Below are positions 49,655 to 59,180 of a DNA stretch of 64,000 nucleotides, in pieces; within the stretch, counting starts at the first letter, position 1, and each line of letters begins with the position of its first letter. The DNA is taken from assembly GCA_038887515.1 (NCBI GenBank), contig JAWAKK010000002.1:64001-128000 (forward strand), in the 5' to 3' direction. The DNA comes from Candidatus Nezhaarchaeales archaeon (GTDB lineage: Archaea; Thermoproteota; Methanomethylicia; Nezhaarchaeales; WYZ-LMO8). The translations under genes and the position numbers were made by a program. Under the pieces are notes generated by a model. It searched no databases, had not been told where the DNA came from, and worked only from the letters and a program-made list of their open reading frames with translations.

Positions 49655-50225
49655 ACATCCAGCACCTAAGGTTACACTCGAGCAGTATACCCTAGTAAGC
49701 GAAGAGGTAAGCGAGATATTATGGACTATAGAAACTGCATTTGGTGATATAGGTGGGAAAGTACTCGTCGATTTAGGTTGCGGGACGGGTAGGCTAGCAA
49801 TAGGCTCAGCCTTGCTAGGTGCTGGCTACGTAATCGGTGTAGACATAGATAAGTCGGCGTTGAGTGTGGCCGTAAGGTCGGCTAAAGAGCTTAGGGTTGA
49901 TGATCGGACTTCCTGGATCTTAGCCTCAGCCCACGCCATCAATTTAAGAGCTGACGTCGTAGTCCAGAACCCGCCCTACGGCGTAAAAAGGGAAGGAGCT
50001 GATAGGCCTTTCTTAGAAGCTGCACTTAGAATAGCTCCAATAGTCTACAGCCTACACAAGTCAGGTCGAAAAAATAGGCTATTCTTAAAAAGATATATTG
50101 AGAGTTTAGGAGGGGTTATTGATAGGGTTATACCTCTTGAAGTGACTATAAAGCCAATATTTGAGTTTCACATCAAGAGGAATTACAAAGTTAAAGTAGA
50201 TCTATACAGGATATTGAGGAAATGA
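49581..50225 (+). CDS. METTL5-like (COG2263) RNA methyltransferase
   Basis: LEQY, DLGCGTG, NPPYG, D..FL, YS.HK. Confidence 0.9.
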   Translation: MRSGLCVIGRLTKKQLALLLSRVGEHPAPKVTLEQYTLVSEEVSEILWTIETAFGDIGGKVLVDLGCGTGRLAIGSALLGAGYVIGVDIDKSALSVAVRSAKELRVDDRTSWILASAHAINLRADVVVQNPPYGVKREGADRPFLEAALRIAPIVYSLHKSGRKNRLFLKRYIESLGGVIDRVIPLEVTIKPIFEFHIKRNYKVKVDLYRILRK

Positions 50226-50240
50226 ATGAGGTAAGGAGAG

Positions 50241-50819
50241 ATGAATGAGAAAGTACTAAAAGAAGTCGTCGTTCCGGGAGAGGAAATAGGGGTAATAGAA
50301 GAGTTCTTGCCAGGAGAAGGGACGTACATCGATGGAAGCTTAATAAGGTCAACGATGCTAGGCGTTGCAACACTGGATATTAAAGAGAGGAGAGCAAGCA
50401 TCAAACCATTGCTCAAGAAGATTCCACTCCCCATAGAAAGGGGGGACATCGTGATAGGCGAAGTCGTTGGGATGAAAAGGGATACGGCAACGGTCCTCAT
50501 AAAAAAGAACGAAAGCAAAGGACTGGCTATAAACAATCCGTTTCATGGATTACTTCATGTAAGCCAAGTTAGTAATAAATTTGTGGAACTCTTGTCCGAT
50601 GCGGTGAAGGTAACGGACGTTTTGATAGCTAAAGTATTAAACAGCAAGCCGCCTTATCAACTGTCAATAAAAGAAAAGGGATTAGGCGTGATTCTAGCCT
50701 TTTGCCCTAATTGTCAAGCCCCTATGTCTATTAAGAATAGAAAACTTTATTGTATAAAATGTAAAATCCAAGAGACAAGAAAACTCTCTACAAGGTATTC
50801 GACTAATCTAAAACTGTAG
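50241..50819 (+). CDS. csl4: Exosome complex RNA-binding protein
   Basis: V.PG...G..EE..PG.G, S1 domain, LGV..A.C..C...C..C...E.RK. Confidence 0.95.
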   Translation: MNEKVLKEVVVPGEEIGVIEEFLPGEGTYIDGSLIRSTMLGVATLDIKERRASIKPLLKKIPLPIERGDIVIGEVVGMKRDTATVLIKKNESKGLAINNPFHGLLHVSQVSNKFVELLSDAVKVTDVLIAKVLNSKPPYQLSIKEKGLGVILAFCPNCQAPMSIKNRKLYCIKCKIQETRKLSTRYSTNLKL

Positions 50820-50832
50820 TGGATGATGAGAG

Positions 50833-51117
50833 ATGAAATTGAGGGTTTTGGAAAAGGATGAAAGGAGCTTGAAAATAGAGATAATAGGCGAGGGACATAC
50901 GTTTTGCAACTTACTAAGGGATTTTCTACTAAAGAACCCAGATGTAGAGTTCGCAGCCTATAGGATCGACCATCCATTGGTCTCTAATCCTGTCTTCTAC
51001 GTAAAGACTAGAGAACATAGACCTGAAGAAGCCCTAAGAAGTGCGGCAGAAGAAATGATTAACGCACTTGAGGAATTCAAGAAGTTGCTTTATAACGCTA
51101 TGAAGCAATTGGTTTGA
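50833..51117 (+). CDS. rpoL: RNA polymerase subunit Rpo11 (L)
   Basis: GE.HT..NLL, V.FAAY...HPL. Confidence 0.96.
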   Translation: MKLRVLEKDERSLKIEIIGEGHTFCNLLRDFLLKNPDVEFAAYRIDHPLVSNPVFYVKTREHRPEEALRSAAEEMINALEEFKKLLYNAMKQLV

Positions 51118-51118
51118 A

Positions 51119-51505
51119 GTGGCTTTCATGAAGAGGGAGCAAAGGGTTCTAGCGATAACAGGGAACGGTGATGTCCTTGTAAGTGTCTTGTACAGGGGGG
51201 AATTATTGTTCGAAAGCCTAGACGTAAAGGTACTTAAACAAAAGTTAAGTGTAGAGGAAGCTTTAAAGTCGGAATACTTGTACCAAGCCAGAACTATCGT
51301 GATAGATGAAAATGTCTTTAAAAGCATTGGAGATACTATCAAAAGTCTATTATCGACTTTAATTTCTCAAAAGAGAGTTAAAGTCGTGATTTGGAAGGGC
51401 GGAGCTGGCGAAGTCCCATACCTTCAAGGCGAAATACCAGAAGCTTTAAGAGTAGCGAAGAAGATTTTCTCTGAAATACGCGACATAATTCGGAATGTAC
51501 CTTGA
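51119..51505 (+). CDS. Hypothetical protein, possibly a degenerate DUF99-family member
   Basis: Occupies the rpoL-tfs slot; 'RVLAI....LVSVLYRG' start and C-terminal 'IPEALRVA' resemble DUF99. Confidence 0.55.
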   Translation: MAFMKREQRVLAITGNGDVLVSVLYRGELLFESLDVKVLKQKLSVEEALKSEYLYQARTIVIDENVFKSIGDTIKSLLSTLISQKRVKVVIWKGGAGEVPYLQGEIPEALRVAKKIFSEIRDIIRNVP

Positions 51506-51514
51506 GGTGAGATT

Positions 51515-51844
51515 CTGCTACCGATATGTCCAAAATGTGGCACGTTTATGACCCTAAAGAAGGAAAATGGAAAATCTTATTGGGCTTGTAAGCGCTGCGG
51601 TCACCTAGAAGAGAACGTGAGAGTAGTGAAGAAGGAACAGATAACTCATACGCAGAAGGAAAAGGTCGTAGTAATCGAGGAAGGCAGTTCATACAAAGCA
51701 ATGCCTAAGATAGCGGCGACATGTCCAGAATGTGGCTACAACGAGGCTTACTACTGGATGGTCCAGACGCGTAGAGCTGATGAAGGTATGACTAGGTTCT
51801 TCCGTTGTGTAAAGTGTGGAAGGACTTGGAGAGAGTATCATTAA
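51515..51844 (+). CDS. tfs: Transcription factor S (TFS), likely CTG start
   Basis: In-frame CPKCG upstream of ATG 51548, C.RCG, CPECG, QTRRADE..T.F..C..CG..WR. Confidence 0.92.
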   Translation: MLPICPKCGTFMTLKKENGKSYWACKRCGHLEENVRVVKKEQITHTQKEKVVVIEEGSSYKAMPKIAATCPECGYNEAYYWMVQTRRADEGMTRFFRCVKCGRTWREYH

Positions 51845-51932
51845 TAGCGAGTCGACGGTAGACTATTGTTAAACGCTTAAAAAGTTAAAATTAAGCTAAG
51901 CTACGTATAACTTCTGGTTGGGAGGATAGATT

Positions 51933-52682
51933 ATGTTTAAAGCTGTATTTAGAGATGCCAGATTGTGGTATAGAATAGTTGAAGCATTGTCATCGCTTAT
52001 CGACGAGGGCACTATAAAAATAAGCGAAGAAGGCCTACGCTTGAGGGCTATGGATCCATCTAAGATAGCTATGATAGACTTTGAAATGCCTCGAGATGCG
52101 TTTGATGAATATCAGTGCGATGGAGAGATGACGATAGGTCTTAATTTTGACGAGTTAAATAAGATAGTTAAGAGGGGCAGCGCTAAAGAAAAGGTACAAC
52201 TTGAAGTACCACCTGGTAGCGCAAGACTTAAAGTCATACTGAAAGGTAAGGCTTCGAGGAGCTTTTCAATCCCTTTGATCGACTTAGAGTATGAAGAGTT
52301 GCCAACACCAACGCTCTCATTTAACGTTAAGGCTACCGTAATGGCTGATACTTTTGAAGAGGCTTTAAAGGACGTAGAATTAGTAAGCGACTACGTAAAG
52401 TTAGAGGGGCGACCCAACGCAATCGTGGTTAGAGGTCAAAGTGATAAAGGTGAGGTGGAGGCCACATTAACAGCGGAAACAGGCGCACTTTTAGAATTAG
52501 ACTTGAAAGAAGAGTCTGTTGCATCGTATAGTCTCGAGTACTTAATGGATATGCTTAAGGCAAACAAAGCGGCTGAAGTTGCAACTCTTGAGTTCTCGAC
52601 AAATATGCCCCTGAGCTTGACCTTTCCAATCCCTGGCGGAGGAACCATAAGGTATTACCTGGCCCCTAGATTAGAAGAGTAA
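51933..52682 (+). CDS. pcn: DNA polymerase sliding clamp (PCNA)
   Basis: AMDPS...MID, YS..YL, YYLAPR. Confidence 0.97.
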   Translation: MFKAVFRDARLWYRIVEALSSLIDEGTIKISEEGLRLRAMDPSKIAMIDFEMPRDAFDEYQCDGEMTIGLNFDELNKIVKRGSAKEKVQLEVPPGSARLKVILKGKASRSFSIPLIDLEYEELPTPTLSFNVKATVMADTFEEALKDVELVSDYVKLEGRPNAIVVRGQSDKGEVEATLTAETGALLELDLKEESVASYSLEYLMDMLKANKAAEVATLEFSTNMPLSLTFPIPGGGTIRYYLAPRLEE

Positions 52683-53734
52683 TGAGGACCATGATTTTTT
52701 CTAAGCTTGATGCAGCCCTCTATCCATTTATAAGTTTAGCTTCGCAAATAGTAGAGGAATTAGAGAGTAGCTTGGGAGTGAACGTAATCCTAGCGTCTGA
52801 CTCAGAAGTTCTTCGAAGAAGTGTTGAACGTATTAGAGAAGCGGTATATGCTCGGGTTACATCGACCTACGAAAAGGACCTAGACGTTGAAATATTGTCT
52901 CACCCAGTAGCGTTATTGCTTGTAAAGAGCGCAAATAATACTAGGTTACTCAATGTATATGCAGAAGCCGAGAAAAACAGGGTTCTAATGAAATTGTTGC
53001 ACGAAAGCTATGAGAAGCTTATAGAGTTGGCTATTGATGGCTTCAGTTGGCGTGTCCGAAAGGAAGAAAATAGGCTACTTTTACGATTCGACGATTATCT
53101 CAGGGCTTCAATTAATATTGTCGACTCTTACTGGAAACTAGTTAATAGAGAAGTTGCGAATGGATATGTTGAGCTATCTAAAAGGGACTTTTCGAGACTC
53201 ATGGCCGAAGCTTATAGGATGAGGATATTAGATAAGACACAACGAGAAGAGGACATTAAAGTTCCTGAACATATTAAGCTTCTCGCAGAAGAACTAAATA
53301 AAGAATTTCAAGAAGTTCTACCTAAAGGCGATGTAAAGGTAGCGTTTATTGGCGAGTATAATCCTTCGGCGTTTCCTCCTTGTATTTTGAGGATGCTTGA
53401 TGATGCCAATCAAGGTAAGAATATTCCTCACATGGCTCGCTTCACTCTTGCAACGTTCCTCCTATCCATAGGAAAGAGGCCTGAAGAGCTTTTAGAAATA
53501 TTTCGTAAAATGCCCGATTTTGACGAGGACAGAACCTTATATCATTTAAGACATATAGCTGGCGAAATAGGTTCGAGGAAAAAATACCTTCCGCCAAGCT
53601 GTGCAACTCTGAGAACGTTCAATCTGTGTTCATCAGATGGTGGGATTTGCTTTAGAGTTAAGCATCCATTAGTTTACTACAACATCAAACTCAAGAAATT
53701 AAAGAGTGAAGGCCATGAAGGAGAAGCTAGATAA
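52682..53734 (+). CDS. priL: DNA primase large subunit
   Basis: YPF, WKLVNR....G.V, FPPC, H..RF, PDF, Y.PPSC...C..C...HPL.YY. Confidence 0.95.
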   Translation: MRTMIFSKLDAALYPFISLASQIVEELESSLGVNVILASDSEVLRRSVERIREAVYARVTSTYEKDLDVEILSHPVALLLVKSANNTRLLNVYAEAEKNRVLMKLLHESYEKLIELAIDGFSWRVRKEENRLLLRFDDYLRASINIVDSYWKLVNREVANGYVELSKRDFSRLMAEAYRMRILDKTQREEDIKVPEHIKLLAEELNKEFQEVLPKGDVKVAFIGEYNPSAFPPCILRMLDDANQGKNIPHMARFTLATFLLSIGKRPEELLEIFRKMPDFDEDRTLYHLRHIAGEIGSRKKYLPPSCATLRTFNLCSSDGGICFRVKHPLVYYNIKLKKLKSEGHEGEAR

Positions 53735-54947
53735 CGAGAGTTTCGTTAAGAGGATGTTCAAAAAATATTATACGGAATGTGAAGTAGAGCCGCCCAGAGA
53801 ATATGAGAAGAGGGAGTACGCCTTCATAGTATCTAAGAAGGGCGAGATTATGAGACATAAATCCTTTGAAGACTGGAAGGATTTTAGGGATTTTCTAAAT
53901 AGGAACGCGCCGTTGCATGTCTTTTACTCATCAGCTTACTACCTACAGCCATCAGCTCCAGACATGGATGCTAAAGAATGGATTGGAGCGGATCTAATAT
54001 TCGATATAGATGTAGACCATATATATACTCCCTGCAAAGAAGATCACGATAAATGGACTTGCTTAGATTGCGGTCTTACTGGAAGCGGAATTCCTCGCGA
54101 ATCATGCCCCCAATGCTTAAGCAAGAGAATAGATGTTAAGGCTTGGTTTTGCGATAGGTGTCTCGAAGTAGCCAAGGAGGAGACCATAAAACTTGTTGAG
54201 GATTTTTTAATTCAGGATTTTGGCTTTTCGACGAAAGAAATATCGATAGCATTTTCAGGGCGAAGAGGCTTTCACGTACACGTAGAGAATGATGTAGTTA
54301 AGGAGTTAGATCAGAGGGCTAGAAGAGAAATAGTCGACTACGTAAAGGGTATAGGACTATCAATTCCAGGCAAAAAGAAGAAAGTTCTTGCTCCTCCATT
54401 AAGTGCTCGAGGGTGGCCAGGAAGGATCGCTAGGGGTGTATACGAGATTTTAAATTCATATAAGGTAGAGGACCTTACAAAGATCTTAGGCATAAAGATG
54501 AGGTCGCGTATCGAAGAGGCTGTAAAGATCGTAATCGAATCATTGGAGAAGTCCAAGAATTATTGGACTCTAGACCGTGTCACACATAAAGTCTGGCTTG
54601 AGGCTGTAAAAAAAGCTATAGAAAACAAGCGATGCGAAATCGATGAAAGGGTTACGACAGATATTAAGAGGTTAATAAGGTTGCCTGGATCCCTTCATGG
54701 GGGGACCGGGCTAATAGTCCTGAAGGTTGCACTAAGAGATATTGACTCCTTTGATCCATACATTCATGCGGTAGCGTTTAGTAAAGGTGAGATTAGGGTA
54801 AGGGCACTGAACGTCCCGAAGATAACGTTTTTAAATCAAGTTTGGGGACCCTACAAAAACGAAATAGTGGAGTTACCACTAGGGTTAGCAATATACTTGC
54901 TTTGTTCAGACAATGCTATTATAGACTGGGTGCCTGATAATGCTTAA
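53706..54947 (+). CDS. priS: DNA primase small subunit with Zn-binding insertion
   Basis: RE, RH, Y.S.A.Y, DL.FDID, FSG.RGFH, D..VT.D..RL.RLPGSLH. Confidence 0.96.
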   Translation: MKAMKEKLDNESFVKRMFKKYYTECEVEPPREYEKREYAFIVSKKGEIMRHKSFEDWKDFRDFLNRNAPLHVFYSSAYYLQPSAPDMDAKEWIGADLIFDIDVDHIYTPCKEDHDKWTCLDCGLTGSGIPRESCPQCLSKRIDVKAWFCDRCLEVAKEETIKLVEDFLIQDFGFSTKEISIAFSGRRGFHVHVENDVVKELDQRARREIVDYVKGIGLSIPGKKKKVLAPPLSARGWPGRIARGVYEILNSYKVEDLTKILGIKMRSRIEEAVKIVIESLEKSKNYWTLDRVTHKVWLEAVKKAIENKRCEIDERVTTDIKRLIRLPGSLHGGTGLIVLKVALRDIDSFDPYIHAVAFSKGEIRVRALNVPKITFLNQVWGPYKNEIVELPLGLAIYLLCSDNAIIDWVPDNA

Positions 54948-55503
54948 GGAAGTGCTTAACGTCCTTCTTCGAGAGGTGTGTAGTGAAAAGCTTCTATGCA
55001 TACCTCAAAACTTTTACGATTCTGTCTTAAGCTATATTCATGCATTAAAGGTACGAAAGAACAATGAAGTTAACGAGATACAGCGCAAAATATGGGAGGA
55101 AGAAGTTAGGCTACTGGAAGAGGTATTGAAAGCCATTAGAAATGTCAGGGCTAAGAAGATAATAAGCGAGGTCATTAACGGTAATGTTGTAAAAGGATTA
55201 CCGCCGGAGGAAGATGTTTATTACTTAAATCTCAAGAGAGTACTTGACGTTGCGGAGACCAGTATAGGAACGGAGGTATCGGAACCTCGATGTGAGGGCA
55301 AAGTCTTATTGGTATTAAAGAAAGAGCTTGACGCCAATATCGCCGACAAGCTTGGTCTCTCTAATCTTGGACCAGAAGATGTAATCTTTATAAATAAGCG
55401 AGATGGTAGAATGCTCATCGATCTGGGCCTAGCAGAAGAGATAGAAATAGGTGATAGCAGTGAAGGTGCCGAAAGAGATAAACACGTATTGTCCAAAGTG
55501 TAA
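54940..55503 (+). CDS. GINS complex subunit (Gins51/Gins15)
   Basis: E...L......FY, R..KI, L..EE, C-terminal D......LI..G.AE; conserved priS-gins-L44e order. Confidence 0.82.
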   Translation: MLKEVLNVLLREVCSEKLLCIPQNFYDSVLSYIHALKVRKNNEVNEIQRKIWEEEVRLLEEVLKAIRNVRAKKIISEVINGNVVKGLPPEEDVYYLNLKRVLDVAETSIGTEVSEPRCEGKVLLVLKKELDANIADKLGLSNLGPEDVIFINKRDGRMLIDLGLAEEIEIGDSSEGAERDKHVLSKV

Positions 55504-55750
55504 GACGCACACAGCTCATACTGTAATGATCTATAAAGCTGGAAAAAGAAGGACCCTAGCCGAGGGAGAGAGAAGATACGCTAGGAAAAAGAGAGGCTAC
55601 GGTAGCAAGAGAAAGCCCGAACAAAAAAGATTTGCCAAGGTTACGAAGAAGCAGGTCTTGAAATTGGTATGTAAGAAATGCGGTTACACTGTCCATAAGA
55701 GAGGTATAAGGCTGAAGAAACTGGAGCTCATAGAGGTAGTTAAGGGGTAG
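55460..55750 (+). CDS. rpl44e: 50S ribosomal protein L44e (eL42)
   Basis: PK...TYCP.C..HT.H, G.RR..R...GYG, K.TKK..L...C..CG. Confidence 0.97.
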   Translation: MKVPKEINTYCPKCKTHTAHTVMIYKAGKRRTLAEGERRYARKKRGYGSKRKPEQKRFAKVTKKQVLKLVCKKCGYTVHKRGIRLKKLELIEVVKG

Positions 55751-55757
55751 CTGAGCC

Positions 55758-55958
55758 ATGGTTAGGAGGAGGAAAGAACTAGTACCAATGCCTAAATCTA
55801 AGTTCTACATTGTAAGGTGCCCCGATTGTGGTAATACTCAAACGATATTCAGTCACGCTTCAACTCGCATTAATTGTTTTGTCTGCGGAAAACCCCTAGC
55901 AATACCTACAGGTGGTAAAGCGAAGATAGAAGGTAAAAAGGTTAGCGAATTCGGGTGA
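55758..55958 (+). CDS. rps27e: 30S ribosomal protein S27e
   Basis: P.SKF..V.CPDCGN.Q..FSHA....C..CG..LA.PTGGKA. Confidence 0.98.
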   Translation: MVRRRKELVPMPKSKFYIVRCPDCGNTQTIFSHASTRINCFVCGKPLAIPTGGKAKIEGKKVSEFG

Positions 55959-55974
55959 AGCCCAGAGAATTAAG

Positions 55975-56784
55975 GTGAAGAGAGTGGTCAGGAAGAGAAG
56001 AGAGTGGCCACAGCAAGGAGAAGTAGTTATAGGGACGATACTGCAAGTATTTGACAAAGGCGCCTACGTAGCTCTTGACGAGTACGGCAATAGAAGAGCG
56101 TATTTACCATTAAATGAAATCTCTTCTTCTTGGTTTCACAACATAAGGGACGTAATACGGGAAGGTCAAAAGACTGCCTTTAAGGTCATTAGGGTAGACG
56201 CCTTAAAGGGCCACGTGGACCTATCTCTCAAAAGAGTGGCAGACGTTGAAAGAAGCAGAAAGATGCTTGAATGGAAGAGGGCCAAGAAGGCAGAAGTTTT
56301 ACTTAACTTTACTGCAAAGAAGCTTGGAAAGAGCCTCGATGAAGCTTATAATGAAGTAGGGTGGAAACTTGAAGACTACTATGGTGAGATTTACGCCGGT
56401 CTTGAGGAGGCAGCTAGGAAGGGGATAAGCGCTTTACTTGTTGCTGGAATCAGCAAGGAGTGGTCAGAGGCCTTAATGGATGTAGTTAAAGAACATATAG
56501 AGATACCCCAAGTTAAGTTATCGATGGTTCTTGAGCTGAAGTGTTATGGATCTAGAGGAGTTGAAGTTATTAGGAAGGCTTTGATAGAAGCCCTAAACTA
56601 CGCTAAGTCCAAGGGGTATAACGTAAAGATTTATAGTGATGGAGCCCCAAAGTATAGGATCGATGCAATGGCAGAGGACTATAAGGGTCTTAAAAACATA
56701 CTAAAAGAAGTCGCAAGCATAGCTCTTAACGTGATATCAAAAGAGGGGGGCAATGGAAGAATCTTAGAAGAACCTAAGAAGTGA
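55975..56784 (+). CDS. eif2a: Translation initiation factor aIF2 alpha
   Basis: S1 domain GAYV.LDEY, KG.VDLSLKRV, APKYRI. Confidence 0.97.
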   Translation: MKRVVRKRREWPQQGEVVIGTILQVFDKGAYVALDEYGNRRAYLPLNEISSSWFHNIRDVIREGQKTAFKVIRVDALKGHVDLSLKRVADVERSRKMLEWKRAKKAEVLLNFTAKKLGKSLDEAYNEVGWKLEDYYGEIYAGLEEAARKGISALLVAGISKEWSEALMDVVKEHIEIPQVKLSMVLELKCYGSRGVEVIRKALIEALNYAKSKGYNVKIYSDGAPKYRIDAMAEDYKGLKNILKEVASIALNVISKEGGNGRILEEPKK

Positions 56785-56794
56785 GGTTAAAACT

Positions 56795-56959
56795 TTGAGG
56801 AACTTAATGATGAAGTGCGTGAGTTGCGGAAAATACACGTTAAAGCGGGATGCATGCCCTTACTGTGGCGGCTCTCTTAAGAACCCTCATCCACCTAGAT
56901 ATTCGCCTCACGATAAGTATGTAAAGTATAGGCTTAAGGCTAAACTTTCAAACAGTTAA
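56795..56959 (+). CDS. nop10: H/ACA RNP protein Nop10 (not in ORF track)
   Basis: MRNLMMKCVSCGKYTLKRDACPYCGGSLKNPHPPRYSPHDKYVKYR...; follows aIF2a as is conserved. Confidence 0.96.
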   Translation: MRNLMMKCVSCGKYTLKRDACPYCGGSLKNPHPPRYSPHDKYVKYRLKAKLSNS

Positions 56960-59032
56960 CTAACTTTCATCATAAAGTACTTCATAAACTAGGACCTCTT
57001 GGTTCGGCTCGCTCGCGTACACTAATTTAAAGTATTGAGGTGCTGGAATGTGAAGTAGGCTATAGCTAATTCTGTAACCGCCGTCCTCGCTTTGAGTTAC
57101 ATTAAGATCCCTTAAGTAGAACATTCTGTTACCAACTGGTACATACAGTAACTTATAGAGGGTTGTTTCAGCGGCCTTTGGTCCTTTAGGTACTGGTACC
57201 ATTTGAGATAGGAAGTGAAAGTTGTCGAGGGCTATGTAATCGTTGACGTTAAAACCGGCTATGCTAGCCATAGCCGAGTAACTTATGGCAACGTAGTCGT
57301 GCCCCCACGAGATCCAAAGAGGAATAGGAATGCCTAGGGCTGAACCTATATCGAAGAATATTCCATGCACGACAACATGCGTAATCCCCAAGCTCTTGAA
57401 TATCTTTAGTGCTTCGGTCTCATTAGATAGAAAGGCTTGTGCTATGAGCCTTATTTGAGTTCCATTTATTGTTGCGTTATCGCAGACAGTAGTCCTATTG
57501 CCAACTATCGATATCCAATAACCGTGATCCCACCATGAAGCGACAACAGCATCCGTGGGTAAGTTGTCTCTGATCCAGGTAAGAGCGGAAAGCCAGTCTC
57601 TAGACATTAGAACGGGGCTATCGGCATATGCCACACCGATAGGTATGCCACTTTGAGGGTCAACGAGGTAGAAGCTGGTTACCGAGGGCGTTAGGATAAT
57701 GATGCATGCCAACAAGCCCAAAACTACATATGAAGAGGAGGGCTTAAACGTCTTCTTGGAAGGCTTCGTATGCCTGCCAGCCATGCTCTTTGCGACGTGA
57801 GAAAGGAGCCTTGAAGCAGCAATCCCAGCTAAAATTGAGAAAACCGGTGCTAAAAGCAGGTTTAGCCTTACTAGGTTTGCAGCTACGTAGGCTGTGGAGA
57901 CCCCTAGTAATATTAGGAGGACGTCAACGTCGTTGAGTCTACGTGATAGGAAGAATAGGCCTGCAACACCAAGCAGTAGTATAAAGCCAAATTGCAAGAA
58001 GAAGTGAGACCAGGTTGTCAAAGCATGTTCTGCAACGGACTTCACTAGGGGATCTTCCGACCTAATCCATGGAAGTACGGCCGTTAGATACCTAAGACTT
58101 ACAGAAGGGCCTCTTAGCGCTATAAAGGCCAAGCCAGCTACTATCAGTACAGCTATGTAACCTGTTGTGAATAGGTTTTTAATTTTAAGAGGAATATGCA
58201 TCCTTACCTCACAAACTATTAATGTTACGATTGCTAGAAGGGGTAGTATGGCCATAGGTGAAGTGAGGAGACCTATCCCATTCTTCGGGACCATAGAAGC
58301 TACTAAGAGGCCAACAATTAGCGTGGGCAAGGAGGCTGACAACAGGTTCTTACTATAGCGTTTCATCACTATTAAGATGAGCGTGTATAGAGCGAGGAGG
58401 TTAAGGGGGTATACGAAGGCGCCCCACGTAATGCCCATATAACCTAAAGCTAGGCCTGCTACTACACCGCTAATAGTAGAGTTTTTCTTTAACGCCCTTA
58501 CGTAAAAGAAAAGTGCGATTACTAACATTAATATGCCTACGCTTTCATCATCAAAAAAGCCGAAGATAGTCCTAGAGATATAGGCAGAGTTAACCGCTAT
58601 AAAGAGGCTAGCGAGAATACCCGCTACATCACCTTCGACTTCTCTAACGAGAAAGAAGATAGCTATGGCAGTTATGGCGCCGAGTATTGGCGGTAATATA
58701 CAACAGAAAGTCATTAGGTCGATTTCTAAGCCGAAGGGCTTAACAAGCATGTATAGAAATGCGCCAATAAAGGCTACCCCTGGAAATGATGTCTGTGATA
58801 TAGATCTGCCCCAAGGGGCCCAGAATCGATGATCCACTCCCCACGAAAACCATTCTACAAATCCGCTCCACCCCTTATTAACTACATAGTTAGCCATGTA
58901 ATACTGGTAGAATGGATCGTGTTCGTTTAATACGAAAACCCCATACTTCAAAGGCATTAAGCGTAGCGATAGGGCTATTATGAATACTATTACCATCGAT
59001 GTTGCTACGATAATCAACTTCTTAGAATTCAT
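56960..59032 (-). CDS. aglB: Oligosaccharyltransferase (STT3 family)
   Basis: EHDPFY, RT..GFFDDE, SVAEH, WWDHG.W, DN.T.N..QI; many TM helices. Confidence 0.95.
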   Translation of the reverse strand: MNSKKLIIVATSMVIVFIIALSLRLMPLKYGVFVLNEHDPFYQYYMANYVVNKGWSGFVEWFSWGVDHRFWAPWGRSISQTSFPGVAFIGAFLYMLVKPFGLEIDLMTFCCILPPILGAITAIAIFFLVREVEGDVAGILASLFIAVNSAYISRTIFGFFDDESVGILMLVIALFFYVRALKKNSTISGVVAGLALGYMGITWGAFVYPLNLLALYTLILIVMKRYSKNLLSASLPTLIVGLLVASMVPKNGIGLLTSPMAILPLLAIVTLIVCEVRMHIPLKIKNLFTTGYIAVLIVAGLAFIALRGPSVSLRYLTAVLPWIRSEDPLVKSVAEHALTTWSHFFLQFGFILLLGVAGLFFLSRRLNDVDVLLILLGVSTAYVAANLVRLNLLLAPVFSILAGIAASRLLSHVAKSMAGRHTKPSKKTFKPSSSYVVLGLLACIIILTPSVTSFYLVDPQSGIPIGVAYADSPVLMSRDWLSALTWIRDNLPTDAVVASWWDHGYWISIVGNRTTVCDNATINGTQIRLIAQAFLSNETEALKIFKSLGITHVVVHGIFFDIGSALGIPIPLWISWGHDYVAISYSAMASIAGFNVNDYIALDNFHFLSQMVPVPKGPKAAETTLYKLLYVPVGNRMFYLRDLNVTQSEDGGYRISYSLLHIPAPQYFKLVYASEPNQEVLVYEVLYDES

Positions 59033-59180
59033 GCAAGGCACCAGCTTACAACAAACTTTCATAATAGCTAGTAATAAACTTAAAGTTTTTTAGACCGCTA
59101 TAATCTGGAAACTACAAGCCATCAATATTGAGAAAGGTAAAAGTGTTTGAGGACCTGCGAACTGAATCAAGGTGATTCGT

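Noticed and set aside
54030-54165. Cys-rich zinc-ribbon insertion in PriS
   Set aside because: Extended Zn-binding inserts are already known in archaeal PriS proteins, and there are no intein motifs.
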